Made by a program: the position numbers and the translations under genes. DNA of 64,000 bases from Tetramitus jugosus (lineage: Eukaryota > Protista > Heterolobosea): contig OW569395.1 in the NCBI GenBank assembly GCA_937625935.1, forward strand, positions 1 to 64,000. Reading direction: 5' to 3'. The notes beneath the pieces are model-generated. The model ran no database searches and was not told the DNA's origin. It saw only the letters and a program-made list of their open reading frames with translations. How positions within the stretch are numbered: position 1 is the stretch's first letter; each line of letters begins with the position of its first letter. This document shows positions 21,542 to 31,995 of this stretch, piece after piece.

Positions 21542-22318
21542 ATGAATTCAACCAACAACGATCAGCAGCGACTTCTCGGCACAAGATTAGTTGACAAGTC
21601 TACTGGAAAGCCAAAGGTAGCAGTGGTAACAGGTGCTAGTCGTGGAATAGGAAAGGCGATTGCTGTTCAACTGGCTAAACAATCGGCGCATGTTGCGATC
21701 ACTGACCTTCCATCCATGGAGAACGAAGGACAACAAGTCGTAGCAGAAATCAAAGAATTTGGCGGAGAAGCATCCTTCTTTGCTCTTGACGTTACAAATG
21801 AACAAGATTGGATGAATACATTCGAGCAGATCGAGAAAAAGTATGGAATCGTTGATATTCACGTCAACAATGCTGGAGTTATGATCATTGAACCCGATTT
21901 GGAAGAAGTTTCATTGGAAAGCTGGAAGAAGACACTTTCTGTTAACCTCGATGGTTGTTTCTTAGGAACCAAATATGCTACTAGATCCATGAAACAACGG
22001 TTGGATTCCAAGGAAAGTGCCAGTATCATTAACATTTCTTCGATCGCTGGATTTACAGGAAACCTCTCACTGTACTCTTATGGTGCGTCCAAAGGAGGGG
22101 TTCGATTGTTTACAAAATCAGCGGCACTGTATTGCACAAAATATAACATTCGTGTGAATTCGATTCATCCAGGAGGTATCATGACGCCCATGACACAGCA
22201 GGTTGATGTAGAAGCTGTCATTAAGAGCACTCCAATGGGAAGAATTGCAGAAGCAAGAGAAATTGGAGAGGTTGCAGTGTTCTTAGCCAGTGCCGATGGT
22301 GGATACTTGGCTCAATAA
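21542..22318 (+). CDS. Short-chain dehydrogenase/reductase (hydroxysteroid-dehydrogenase-like) with a C-terminal internal deletion
   Basis: VTGASRGIG, NNAG, YGASK, IRVNSIHPG; ends FLAS-ADGGYLAQ. Confidence 0.92.
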   Translation: MNSTNNDQQRLLGTRLVDKSTGKPKVAVVTGASRGIGKAIAVQLAKQSAHVAITDLPSMENEGQQVVAEIKEFGGEASFFALDVTNEQDWMNTFEQIEKKYGIVDIHVNNAGVMIIEPDLEEVSLESWKKTLSVNLDGCFLGTKYATRSMKQRLDSKESASIINISSIAGFTGNLSLYSYGASKGGVRLFTKSAALYCTKYNIRVNSIHPGGIMTPMTQQVDVEAVIKSTPMGRIAEAREIGEVAVFLASADGGYLAQ

Positions 22319-22536
22319 ATTTCCGCCTGTGGTTCATGTGAGAACTAAGAACTTTATTCTGAAGCGATTCTGTCACAATTTAAAACAATGTGACGCGGAT
22401 CGAAGTTCGTTACACTACGTCGAAGGAGTTTCTTTGGTATCAAACTACAGTACAACATGCCATCAGAGGCTATCTTGCTTGACAACAGTCTTGGAAAATC
22501 ACCTCTACCACCTGTTGAAGTCTCACATACGAGGTT

Positions 22537-23427
22537 CTAGTGTTCCTCGCCACCTTTCTTCTTCTTTTCATTCTTGTTTTGTACAATGGAAAAGTTCAAA
22601 TGGGAGAAAATGGCACGCGTTGTCTTGGAGGTTGGAGAACAAGCTACAATTCCTACTTGGATCGTTGGAGGTAGCATTGTCTGACCTGGATCCAAGTATC
22701 CCAGTCTAATCATGGTGTATTCATCCCTCTCATGTAGCTTGTATTCAGCGATAAAACAATCGGCTAGCTTTCTGACTCTGATGAACATGGTGATTTTGTT
22801 GTTGCTCTCCATTGGAACAGGAAGCTTTCTGTTCTTCTTACCTCTCTTCTTTTTATCTCGTTTCAAGTTACTTGATCGAGATATTGAATCCAACGAAACA
22901 ACAGACCAGTCAGATTTATCGTTCGTATAAACAGCTGACACTTGAAGACCGCCAGTAGCAGCTTTACTACCCTTCACGTATTCAACACCAGTCTTCAGCC
23001 AATATTTCTCATTGAATCTGACCATGAGACCTGCTTGATCATACAAATTTTCATAGTCCAACTCGAATTGCACACTTAATGTCCAGTTCAATCCACTTGG
23101 TACATACCTGTAGTAAAAATTGCCATTGTCATGTATAAAGCCATAGAACACCTTTCTCCAAAAGTCAGAATCAGGCGTAGTTTGAACAAGTACTTGTCTC
23201 TTGTGATCCAACAAGTCGAAACTGGATGGCTGATTCAACCATGAGAATCCAGCAAAATCTGTCCAGTTCTCCCCCAGAAGGAAGCTGGGATGTTCGACAG
23301 GTGTCACAACAATCCCATGATCCTCAACAGCAATCTCGTGTGACAATACCACAGCTCCACCCAGAGCGCAAACAACCAATATGAATAGTAGCAGTGTATT
23401 CATGACTTTTTTCAAGTTTATACCCAT
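22537..23427 (-). CDS. DUF1349/Ree1-like ConA-fold protein with signal peptide
   Basis: SDFWRKVFYGFIHDNGNFYY, LYDQAGLMVR, WLKTGVEY, SAVYTNDKSDWS. Confidence 0.85.
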   Translation of the reverse strand: MGINLKKVMNTLLLFILVVCALGGAVVLSHEIAVEDHGIVVTPVEHPSFLLGENWTDFAGFSWLNQPSSFDLLDHKRQVLVQTTPDSDFWRKVFYGFIHDNGNFYYRYVPSGLNWTLSVQFELDYENLYDQAGLMVRFNEKYWLKTGVEYVKGSKAATGGLQVSAVYTNDKSDWSVVSLDSISRSSNLKRDKKKRGKKNRKLPVPMESNNKITMFIRVRKLADCFIAEYKLHERDEYTMIRLGYLDPGQTMLPPTIQVGIVACSPTSKTTRAIFSHLNFSIVQNKNEKKKKGGEEH

Positions 23428-23593
23428 GATAGTTGTTTTTGAACTTTTTGTGAGCCAGGATCTTTTCGAACGGAGAAAAAGTATTCTCCTCTCTCCAAAT
23501 CAACGCGATGGGGCCCGAAAATTCTCCAAAAGCCGCGCCAAAAACAAGGTCAACAAACACGACAAGATCAATCCAAAGCTTTCAAGAGACACA

Positions 23594-24067
23594 ATGGTAC
23601 AAGTAGGTGATCAAGCCCCAGATTTCACACTAAAAGACGAAAGTAACAACGATGTAACTCTCTCCAAACTCATTGGAGACAAGTACATTGTCATATACTT
23701 TTATCCAAAGGACAACACACCTGTGTGCACAAGACAAGCATGCCATTTTAGAGACAATTGGTCAGCAATTAAACAAATTGCATCTGACAATGTGACTGTC
23801 TATGGTGTGAGTATTGATACTGTGGAGGACCATCAAAAATTCAAGGAAGAGTATCAATTGCCATTCAGTTTGTTGTCTGATCCTGATCAGAAGGCAGCTA
23901 CTGATTTTGGAGTGACTGGAAGTTTGTTTGGTTTGGTGCGAGGGAGAAAGACTTTCCTTATTGATAAGCAGGGTAAGATTGCTCTGGCTTATGATAGTCA
24001 ATTGTTCGCCAAAAGCCATATCACTGAAGTGATGAATACGATTCAGAATTTGGAGAATCAATCCTAA
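23594..24067 (+). CDS. bcp: Peroxiredoxin, BCP/PrxQ family
   Basis: YFYPKDNTPVCTRQACHFRD; start MVQVGDQAPDF at 23594. Confidence 0.93.
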   Translation: MVQVGDQAPDFTLKDESNNDVTLSKLIGDKYIVIYFYPKDNTPVCTRQACHFRDNWSAIKQIASDNVTVYGVSIDTVEDHQKFKEEYQLPFSLLSDPDQKAATDFGVTGSLFGLVRGRKTFLIDKQGKIALAYDSQLFAKSHITEVMNTIQNLENQS

Positions 24068-24363
24068 ATCAAGATCATGCATAAACGTAATTTATAATAA
24101 TTTTATTGATGTATTTACCGGGTAGCTGCTCTGATCTCTCACCCAGCTTTCTTCAAACTTGTTCACCCCAGCTGGCATTGGTTTGACGTCTTGTGAGAGT
24201 GCTCTCCTCACGGTATCCTGATCGTGTCATGGATGTGTTGAGAATTTTTAGGATTGTAAGCTGAATATTTTCCCTAAGATCTTCCGAGGATTCCTTCCAA
24301 CAAATTATTGAATTTGAAAAATACAACAAGACAAGAAAACAACAATTGGGATAAAACAAAAGA

Positions 24364-25506
24364 ATGAGAGTAGGATATCCATGTGCCAATCGAACTGCAA
24401 AGCTACACGGTAACCATACCTTTCGCAAGAAGAACTTTTCACTCGAAAAGTTGAAAGAGACGACACAGAAGAACCTTGACCATGTCTCTCTGATGTTGCA
24501 GTACAATGTGAAGAACAATTTCAAATTTTTTCGCATTGGAAGTACCTTTGTTCCGTTCGCTAGCCATGAGTTGTGTAGTGATCTAATGTCTCAAAAGAAG
24601 AATCCATTTGATTGGCGAGTGTACTTTAAACAACAGTTGAAAGATATTGGACAATATGTAAATAAGCATGGAATGAGAATATCGATGCATCCTGATCATT
24701 TTGTGTTGTTGAATTCACCAAAAGATGACATTACTGAGAAGAGTATTAGAGAGTTGCAGTACCATGCTGATCTAATGAACGCCATGGAGCTGGACTCGAC
24801 ACACAAGTTTCAGATTCATGTGGGTGGAGTTTATGGAGACAAGGAGTCTGCAATCGAGAGATTTATCGAAAAGTATAAGACTCTGAACGATGGAATCAAA
24901 CAGAGATTGGTAATTGAGAACGACGATCATTTGTTTAGTCTGAAGGATTGTATACAGATCAGCCAGAAGACTGGAGTTCCAATATTGTTTGATACTCTGC
25001 ATCATGAATGCTTGAATAATGGAGAAGATATGATTGATGCTTTCAAGCAGGCTGCAGGGACATGGAATGAAGAAAAGGATGGTATTCCAATGATTGATTA
25101 TTCAAGTCAAGATCCTAAAGGGAGAAAGGGCAAGCACGCTCCATCCCTGGATCTTCATCACTTCACGAAGGTTGTTTGCAAGAAGCTTATGAGCGCAAAG
25201 AGATCTGATGGCAAGTTCTACAAGTTCGATATTATGCTCGAGATCAAGGACAAAGAGCTAGCTGCTCTGAAATGCATCGCTTCATTCGACAAGTACAAAT
25301 CAAGGAATACCAGTATTGAAGCTGGAGAAGAAGTATCTGAAGAAGAATCTGAATCTGAATCTGATCCGGAAGGGATGAAGTTTGACGAAACGATGGTACT
25401 CAAGACAGCTCCACCAAAACGATCACTTGCAAAGAAGAGAAAGAGAAACGATAATGGAAAAAGTGGAACAACTTTTATGAGAATAACAAGATCAAAAGCA
25501 TTGTGA
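24364..25506 (+). CDS. uvsE: UV damage endonuclease (UvsE/UVDE)
   Basis: MRVGYPC, FFRIGS, RISMHPDHFVLLNSP, IHVGGVYGDK, RLVIENDD, FDTLHH, DIMLEIKDKE; basic C-terminal NLS-like tail. Confidence 0.95.
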   Translation: MRVGYPCANRTAKLHGNHTFRKKNFSLEKLKETTQKNLDHVSLMLQYNVKNNFKFFRIGSTFVPFASHELCSDLMSQKKNPFDWRVYFKQQLKDIGQYVNKHGMRISMHPDHFVLLNSPKDDITEKSIRELQYHADLMNAMELDSTHKFQIHVGGVYGDKESAIERFIEKYKTLNDGIKQRLVIENDDHLFSLKDCIQISQKTGVPILFDTLHHECLNNGEDMIDAFKQAAGTWNEEKDGIPMIDYSSQDPKGRKGKHAPSLDLHHFTKVVCKKLMSAKRSDGKFYKFDIMLEIKDKELAALKCIASFDKYKSRNTSIEAGEEVSEEESESESDPEGMKFDETMVLKTAPPKRSLAKKRKRNDNGKSGTTFMRITRSKAL

Positions 25507-25585
25507 CACAATAAATACGAATTGCTTCATTCATGAATGATAAATTGGTTATTGATGAATATGTTGACACAGTTGGACCCCGATC

Positions 25586-25945
25586 ATGTCTTCGTCTGAA
25601 GACGAACGTATCATTGATAGACTTGCACGCTCACTTCACCACGCATTTCATGAAGAATTAGCTCGGTGTTGGGCTCACAAATGTCGATCGACACCTTGTC
25701 GCTCACTGCCAGACCGACAGAGTTCTCGAATACCCTTCAAAATGTACTGCCTTTTCTGTGATCATTTCATGACATCCTCGGATCAATCAAAGAGTGTTAA
25801 TACCGACCAGATGCTGAAATTTGGTCTTGTTGAACATGAGTCGTCGATCTTGATTACTTCCTTTGCAAGTGTAACGCAATGGCAACCATTGATAAGTGCT
25901 ACTACAAAACTCTATGAAGATGGACAGTTCAGAGCAAATCTCTAA
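25586..25945 (+). CDS. Hypothetical protein
   Basis: 119-aa ATG ORF filling an intergenic gap; no motif recognised. Confidence 0.3.
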   Translation: MSSSEDERIIDRLARSLHHAFHEELARCWAHKCRSTPCRSLPDRQSSRIPFKMYCLFCDHFMTSSDQSKSVNTDQMLKFGLVEHESSILITSFASVTQWQPLISATTKLYEDGQFRANL

Positions 25946-25977
25946 GTTTAATTCTTTGCTTGCGATGCAGAACATGA

Positions 25978-27429
25978 CTATCTTAAGCTTCTCAACTTCT
26001 GAACTTCTTCTTTCTTTTGGTGGTTATATTTTTGAGTGTACAAGACGATTTGTTTCCTCAACTCTTCAGCAAGGTTGTGACGACCTAAAATCTGTACAAG
26101 TCTCGAGTCAGGCAATCTTGCTAATGCTTTACCATCCATTGCTGAAGGAAAATTCTTTGCTAGCTTTTTGAAGAATCCGCCATGAACTGATTCAATCCAA
26201 GCAAATGTTTCCTCCCTAGACCATTTGATCATAGGTTTCAGCCGAGAGCTATTCAAACTCTTTGACAAAACATCTTCAGCAATCATCTTCACTCCAAAAA
26301 CTTCAGATTGATCTCCCATCATTCTATAAGAATATTGTAATGTGCTGATAGTGTGTTCAGTATCACACGAGATAGGTGAGACTGTTGCGATGACAATCGT
26401 CAGAGAACTGTTTTGTTCATCATCTTCTGCGTCAAAACAACTCTTGAGAATCCTTGTTAATTTGCTGTTGCGATAGGGAACGTGAATGTTGGATTGCCCC
26501 TTTTTTCTTAGTGAAGCACATCTGATTACTTCTTTCAAAGCCATCAAAGAAGAGTTAATTTGAGCAGTCTCCTTAATTCTTTCAGTTGTATGATGGAAGG
26601 AATCCGCGTTTCTTTCACTCCCAGCAAGATCACAAAGAGTTAGCTGTGAATAAATGTCGCCAGTGGCTGTATTCTGCAGCACTAGGCGGCAAATGTAGTG
26701 AGATCGAGAGGAGTTAGAGTTAATCATGGTGGCATGTGTTTCTCTGAGGTCGGCAGCATATTCAAAAACGTCATAAAACTCTGAAGCAGTGCTCATGGAA
26801 TAGTGTTTCTCTCCGCAAACAATGGCCTCGCCGTCTTTTGTCTCCCGAACAAAGACTTCTCGATGGTCATTCAACAAATCATAACAAGCTTCACCTATAA
26901 TTTCAATACAAGAAACATGAAATTCAATCTTGCCGTGTAGATGTTTCACATAGTTTTCTAGATCTGTTGAAATACAACGGACCAATCCTGACATTGTAAA
27001 AGTCTTTCCACTACCCGTTTGACCAAAACAAATCATTGTTCCACTTTTGCCTTGCAGTATGTGACGCACCAATGGTTTTACCGCTTCGAGATAGATGTCA
27101 ATGGTTGATGCAAGCTCATCAAACACTTTGGTTCCAGGATAATCAAATTGGAACGACTCCACAAAGGATAGATTCCTCCTCATGGATGGATGCATTCTGC
27201 AGTCATGAACGGCAATATGATTGGGCCCACAAGAAACTACATCAAATTCTTTCGCGTTAATCTCTCGTTCAGACATGGGTCTCTTTCTAATGTATGCTTG
27301 AACAGAGGAAAGAGTGTTTCGCTTATGCCGGGCGATTGGAATGGGCTTGTCTTGATAACTTTGGATCATTTCTTCAAAAAGCTCCTTGTTTTCAAGTCTG
27401 TAGGTTCTCTTGTCCACATTCTTTATCAT
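25978..27429 (-). CDS. Kinesin motor (kinesin-13-like) with C-terminal SAM-like domain
   Basis: YIRKRP, FGQTGSGKT, NSNSSRSH, DLAGSER, HVPYRNSKLTRIL; C-terminal WSREETFAWI...MDGKALARL. Confidence 0.9.
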   Translation of the reverse strand: MIKNVDKRTYRLENKELFEEMIQSYQDKPIPIARHKRNTLSSVQAYIRKRPMSEREINAKEFDVVSCGPNHIAVHDCRMHPSMRRNLSFVESFQFDYPGTKVFDELASTIDIYLEAVKPLVRHILQGKSGTMICFGQTGSGKTFTMSGLVRCISTDLENYVKHLHGKIEFHVSCIEIIGEACYDLLNDHREVFVRETKDGEAIVCGEKHYSMSTASEFYDVFEYAADLRETHATMINSNSSRSHYICRLVLQNTATGDIYSQLTLCDLAGSERNADSFHHTTERIKETAQINSSLMALKEVIRCASLRKKGQSNIHVPYRNSKLTRILKSCFDAEDDEQNSSLTIVIATVSPISCDTEHTISTLQYSYRMMGDQSEVFGVKMIAEDVLSKSLNSSRLKPMIKWSREETFAWIESVHGGFFKKLAKNFPSAMDGKALARLPDSRLVQILGRHNLAEELRKQIVLYTQKYNHQKKEEVQKLRSLR

Positions 27430-27572
27430 TTTTCGGGTCTGGCTTGGTGGAAGCTTGTTCGTTCGTTTGAGAGATTTATTATTGCTCGGGAACTAATTCT
27501 CGAGTGTTTTTCTTGATCCGCCGCGCCAAAGAATCCGTAAATCGAACGTTCGGAGCGCTGAGTCAACTAATG

Positions 27573-30500
27573 TTACCAAAAGTCGTTGCACGAGCATTTG
27601 CCGTCCGGAGTAAAGTGATGAAATCGATTTGCGTCACGAACTGTAATCTCTCTTCCGGTGACTATCGAAATATATTTCGTGGCATTGTGGCAGTCGCCAC
27701 AAACACGCAAATTCTTGATCATGGTAATTGGTGTCCTCTCAGGTGTTTTCAAAAGGGCAAAGCCCATTGCGATTCTCTCACTGTGTAAACATAATAAACG
27801 CTTCTTTTCTTCTTCATCCACTACATCGCTCCGCGTCACCCAACTAGTGTTAGCAACATAGCCCGCTTCTTGCATTTTCAAATGTAGCTGTTTCAGAATC
27901 TCATAAATCTTCAGCGTGTCTGGATGGGATGTGTCTTCACTGACAAATGAGTGAACTTTATCGTCAATCTTAATAGTAGTCATTCCAGGGATCTTCTTGA
28001 CACCTCGTTCTTTCATTAACTCTCGAATCTTCTTGGAGTCCTCAGTCCTTCCACTCTGCGAATAAATATTGGCGAGAGCAACATAGGCAGAAGCGTCAGA
28101 TGAATCAATCTGCATGATCCTCTCGAACACTCGCTCAGCACGAGTCACATCCTTGTAAGAGCGACATGCGCCAAGAAGAGCTCTCAAACTCACTCCTGGA
28201 CATCCCTTCATTTGAGCAATTGCATTCTCGGCTTCATCTAGCCTTCCAATTCGGCCTAAAACATCAACAATGCATACAATGTGTGAATCGTTAGGCTTGA
28301 TGTTGTATATTGATTCCATAGTTTTAAACAAATGTAATGCTTCCTCTACCAGACCAACATGACTGCATGCATTAAGAAGAACTACAAATGTAACTTCATC
28401 AGGTTTCACTTTAGCACTTTGCATCTCATCAAACAACTGCAATGCCTCTCTTCCTTTACCGTGCTGACCATAAGCGGCCATCATTGAGTTCCATGCGACT
28501 ACTGATCTCTCAGAAGACTCAATCTTTCCAAACACTGCAAGTGCACTGTTCAAATCACCACACTTACTGTACATGCTCAATAAAGATACTCTTACCGATA
28601 TGTTTTGTAACAATGAATCAGTTAATTGTAGAGCAATCTTTCGTCCAATGTCCAATGCTGCTAAATCTGCACAAGCACTCAGTGCTATCACGTATGATGT
28701 TGAATCTGGTGTCACTCCTCGTTTCATCATTTCATTAAACAAGTTCAATGCTTCATTTGCTTTTCCATGAAGTCTAAATGCTGATAACATTGTGTTCCAT
28801 TCAGACACATCTCTTTGTGACACATGACTCGCCTCAAACACAGAAATTACATTATCCAAATCGTTACACTTACTGTACATGCTCAACAACGCTGTTCTCA
28901 CCATTGTGTTTCGTAATGTTGATTCATTCAACTGTTGAGCAATATCTCTTCCAGTGTCCAATGCTGCCAAATCAGCACAAGCACTTAGGGCTATCACATA
29001 GGATGTTGTATCAGGCGTTACTCCTTGTTTCTTCATTTCATCAAACAAGTTCAATGCCTCTTTGGCCTTTCCATGAGCTCGAAACACGGTTAACATTGCG
29101 TTCCATGCAGATACATCTCTTTCAGAACTATCAATTGTTTCAAATACCGCAAGTGCATTGTCAAAATCACCACACTTGCTATACATATTCAACAACGCTG
29201 TTCTCACCAAAGTGCTCCGTTGTGATGGAGATCCAGTCAATTGTCGAGCAATCTCTCGTCCAATGTCCAATGCTGCTAAATCAGCACAAGCACTCAGTGC
29301 TATCACATAGGATGTTGAATCTGGTGTCACCTTGTGTTTCTTCATTTCATTGAACAAGTCCAATGCTTCATTTGCTTTATCATGTAGTCTGAGCGCTGAT
29401 AACATTGCATTCCATGCGGAAACATCCTTCTCTGAGGATTTAATCTCTTCAAATACTGAAAATGCACTCTTCAAATCACCACATTTGCTATACATGGTCA
29501 CCAATGATATTTGAATTTTAGGGCTCCTTAGTGCCACTTGAGACAATTGTTTTGCAACTTGTTGTCCCATACTCAATTGTCCTAGATCAGCACAGGCCGC
29601 CAAAGCGATCACAAAAGATGTTTCATCATATTTCACACCAGCCTTCCGCATCTCCTCAAACAAATTCAATGCTTCTCTCGGCCTGCCATGTTGCTGAAAC
29701 GAAGACAACATGGAACACCACACAAAGATGTCCTTCTCCGATGATTTCATGCTATGAAAAACGGACAATGCCCGATCAAATTTTCCACACTTGCTATACA
29801 TGTTCAACAAGGCTGTCTTCACCAGAATGTTGTTCAATGAGGATGGTGATCCACCACCACTAGCCAACTTTTTTGCAATTTCTTCTCCCATTTCTACTGC
29901 ACCGACATCTGCACACGATGTCAACGCAACGACAAACGTCGAGTCATTTGGCTTGACATTGTGCTTTTCCATCTCACGAAACAACTGTAACGCCTCTTTT
30001 GCCCTCTGATTCTGTCTCAGTGCAGAAATCATTGAATTCCAAGTCACTACATCAGCACTCTTATGGTTCACCATCTCACGAAACACTTGTTGAGCCAAAT
30101 CCAACTGACCACACTTGTTATACATGACTAAAAGTGCAGTCTTGATGAACGGATCTCTCCTATACTCACTCTCCAACAATAACTTGTGAAATTGTTGACC
30201 ACAACTCAAATGTTTCTTCTCACCACAGAGCTTGAACACGTTCAAAAACAAGAATTTATTGTTGATTCGAATGTGAAATGATTGAATCAATGGAACAAGC
30301 TTAAAAATGTGATTTAAATCTCTGAGGCGCACCGCAGCATTCAACAAAAATAAAATGGTCGTGGTGCTCGGTGTGAATTTTTCTGCGGTTTCTGTTTTTT
30401 TGATCGTCGTCATCATCATTTGATCAAATGTTTTGAGTGCTTCTCTGTCTGAATTCTTGTTTTTGCATAGTTGAACAATTTTATTGTTCCATTCCACGTT

Positions 30501-30701
30501 ATTATTATGTTCATTGTTCTGTTGTGGTTGTTGTTGATTACTACTACTATGATTGCTTATGTTGTTATTGTTGTTGTTGTTGCGATTGAAGTGATGATGC
30601 GTGGTTGAAAAAAATAATTTAGGTGTACGAGTTTTGACTACAAGAATGTTGCGATAGTATTGTTGTTGTTGCGTTGTACTTGAAATGCACCGACGCAGCA
30701 T
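27573..30701 (-). CDS. PLS-class PPR protein with E and DYW cytidine deaminase domains (organellar C-to-U editing factor type)
   Basis: P-L-S triplets (WNAML/YVIALSACA/ALLNMYSKCG); PG box KKIPG; HSERIA; KNLRVCGDCH; RFHHF...CSCNDFW; presequence-like N-terminus. Confidence 0.97.
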   Translation of the reverse strand: MLRRCISSTTQQQQYYRNILVVKTRTPKLFFSTTHHHFNRNNNNNNNISNHSSSNQQQPQQNNEHNNNVEWNNKIVQLCKNKNSDREALKTFDQMMMTTIKKTETAEKFTPSTTTILFLLNAAVRLRDLNHIFKLVPLIQSFHIRINNKFLFLNVFKLCGEKKHLSCGQQFHKLLLESEYRRDPFIKTALLVMYNKCGQLDLAQQVFREMVNHKSADVVTWNSMISALRQNQRAKEALQLFREMEKHNVKPNDSTFVVALTSCADVGAVEMGEEIAKKLASGGGSPSSLNNILVKTALLNMYSKCGKFDRALSVFHSMKSSEKDIFVWCSMLSSFQQHGRPREALNLFEEMRKAGVKYDETSFVIALAACADLGQLSMGQQVAKQLSQVALRSPKIQISLVTMYSKCGDLKSAFSVFEEIKSSEKDVSAWNAMLSALRLHDKANEALDLFNEMKKHKVTPDSTSYVIALSACADLAALDIGREIARQLTGSPSQRSTLVRTALLNMYSKCGDFDNALAVFETIDSSERDVSAWNAMLTVFRAHGKAKEALNLFDEMKKQGVTPDTTSYVIALSACADLAALDTGRDIAQQLNESTLRNTMVRTALLSMYSKCNDLDNVISVFEASHVSQRDVSEWNTMLSAFRLHGKANEALNLFNEMMKRGVTPDSTSYVIALSACADLAALDIGRKIALQLTDSLLQNISVRVSLLSMYSKCGDLNSALAVFGKIESSERSVVAWNSMMAAYGQHGKGREALQLFDEMQSAKVKPDEVTFVVLLNACSHVGLVEEALHLFKTMESIYNIKPNDSHIVCIVDVLGRIGRLDEAENAIAQMKGCPGVSLRALLGACRSYKDVTRAERVFERIMQIDSSDASAYVALANIYSQSGRTEDSKKIRELMKERGVKKIPGMTTIKIDDKVHSFVSEDTSHPDTLKIYEILKQLHLKMQEAGYVANTSWVTRSDVVDEEEKKRLLCLHSERIAMGFALLKTPERTPITMIKNLRVCGDCHNATKYISIVTGREITVRDANRFHHFTPDGKCSCNDFW

Positions 30702-30886
30702 GATGATGATTTTGTTGTTATTTGTTGTTTCTTGTGTGAATTTTTGAAGAACAGATATACTCCGTGAATGGAGCAGGGTTGTATTGAGTGGAGCAGTGGA
30801 TCAGCTACTTTGACCAAATGGTGATTGAGCCTACCGAATTGAAAAGCAACCATTTCACACAAGTGAACTAATTTATTGAACAATAT

Positions 30887-31816
30887 TTATTGTTGAACAA
30901 AGTCTAGCGTGTAAACACTTCTTCCTGCGAATGGAAAAGTTTGATACTCGGAAGTGCTAGTGTTGATCTTGTAAAGAAGCAAGTTGCCTCCCTCGTGCAT
31001 CACCTGGTAGTAATTGTACTTGACATTGTCCATGCAGAACAATGAATGCTCAATGGAAGCATCAGATGGAATAACAACATCACCAAAGCTTTTCACTTCA
31101 CCAGAATCACTGTTCAATACACTGAAACGATATTCATACCATCCAACTAACAAACCAGAGTACGAGTCATATGCCATGCTCTCCAGCCTTTCCAAAGGTG
31201 AAGGTAACTTGCTCTTTGTAACAGTTCCCTTTCTTAAATCCACTGTGTAAATGTAATATCCATCAGAACATGCATTTAACAAGAACAATCTCTTGCCTTG
31301 CTCGTCATAAGCAGACTCTGCAACAACTTCAGCCACTTCCATGTGAAATGGAATGATTGGAGTTACACCTCCAGTCATATTCACTCTAGCAATAAAATTC
31401 GAGCGAGGGAAGACACCAATAATTCCCAACTCTGTATCATAGTGCATTGCTTCCATTCTGTTTGTGTTATTTGTACCTTCAATTCTGAAGCTACCACAAA
31501 TTTGCATCTTGTCCACAGAGACAAAATCCACTTGTTGAGGATAGTTGGCATGTGTATACAAGTAATACACTGTTCCTTTACCAACAGCTGCTCTGCTGTA
31601 TCTTTGCATGAATGGCTTAATTTCACCGATTCTTCCGTTGCGGCCCGTGTCTGGGTCAAATAGCTCCGCATACGTCAGGTCATGCTTGGCATCGAGCATC
31701 AGACTAAACAAAGTTCTTGCTTGGCACTGCAGGAATAGAGTAATCAAACTGAGGAAGATTAGGGCAAGTGGTACGAATGTAGTGGCCATGGTGGTTTGGT
31801 TGTGTGTAGTGTTCAA
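30887..31816 (-). CDS. Secreted beta-propeller-like protein
   Basis: Signal peptide; repeated AYD/HYD beta-strand blades. Confidence 0.6.
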   Translation of the reverse strand: MNTTHNQTTMATTFVPLALIFLSLITLFLQCQARTLFSLMLDAKHDLTYAELFDPDTGRNGRIGEIKPFMQRYSRAAVGKGTVYYLYTHANYPQQVDFVSVDKMQICGSFRIEGTNNTNRMEAMHYDTELGIIGVFPRSNFIARVNMTGGVTPIIPFHMEVAEVVAESAYDEQGKRLFLLNACSDGYYIYTVDLRKGTVTKSKLPSPLERLESMAYDSYSGLLVGWYEYRFSVLNSDSGEVKSFGDVVIPSDASIEHSLFCMDNVKYNYYQVMHEGGNLLLYKINTSTSEYQTFPFAGRSVYTLDFVQQ

Positions 31817-31995
31817 TATGTTGTGTGGTGAAAGATATTAGAAGGCTGAGCGGTGAATCCAAGAAATCTGGCAGGAAAATTGTATGCCGGGGCAATCACC
31901 TGTCGAAAAATTAGCTGACCGCGCTAGAATTTACAGAAAGAACGGAGAATATTTATTCCAATGTGATGTTACTCGATTCAGAATGGTTGTTAGTT

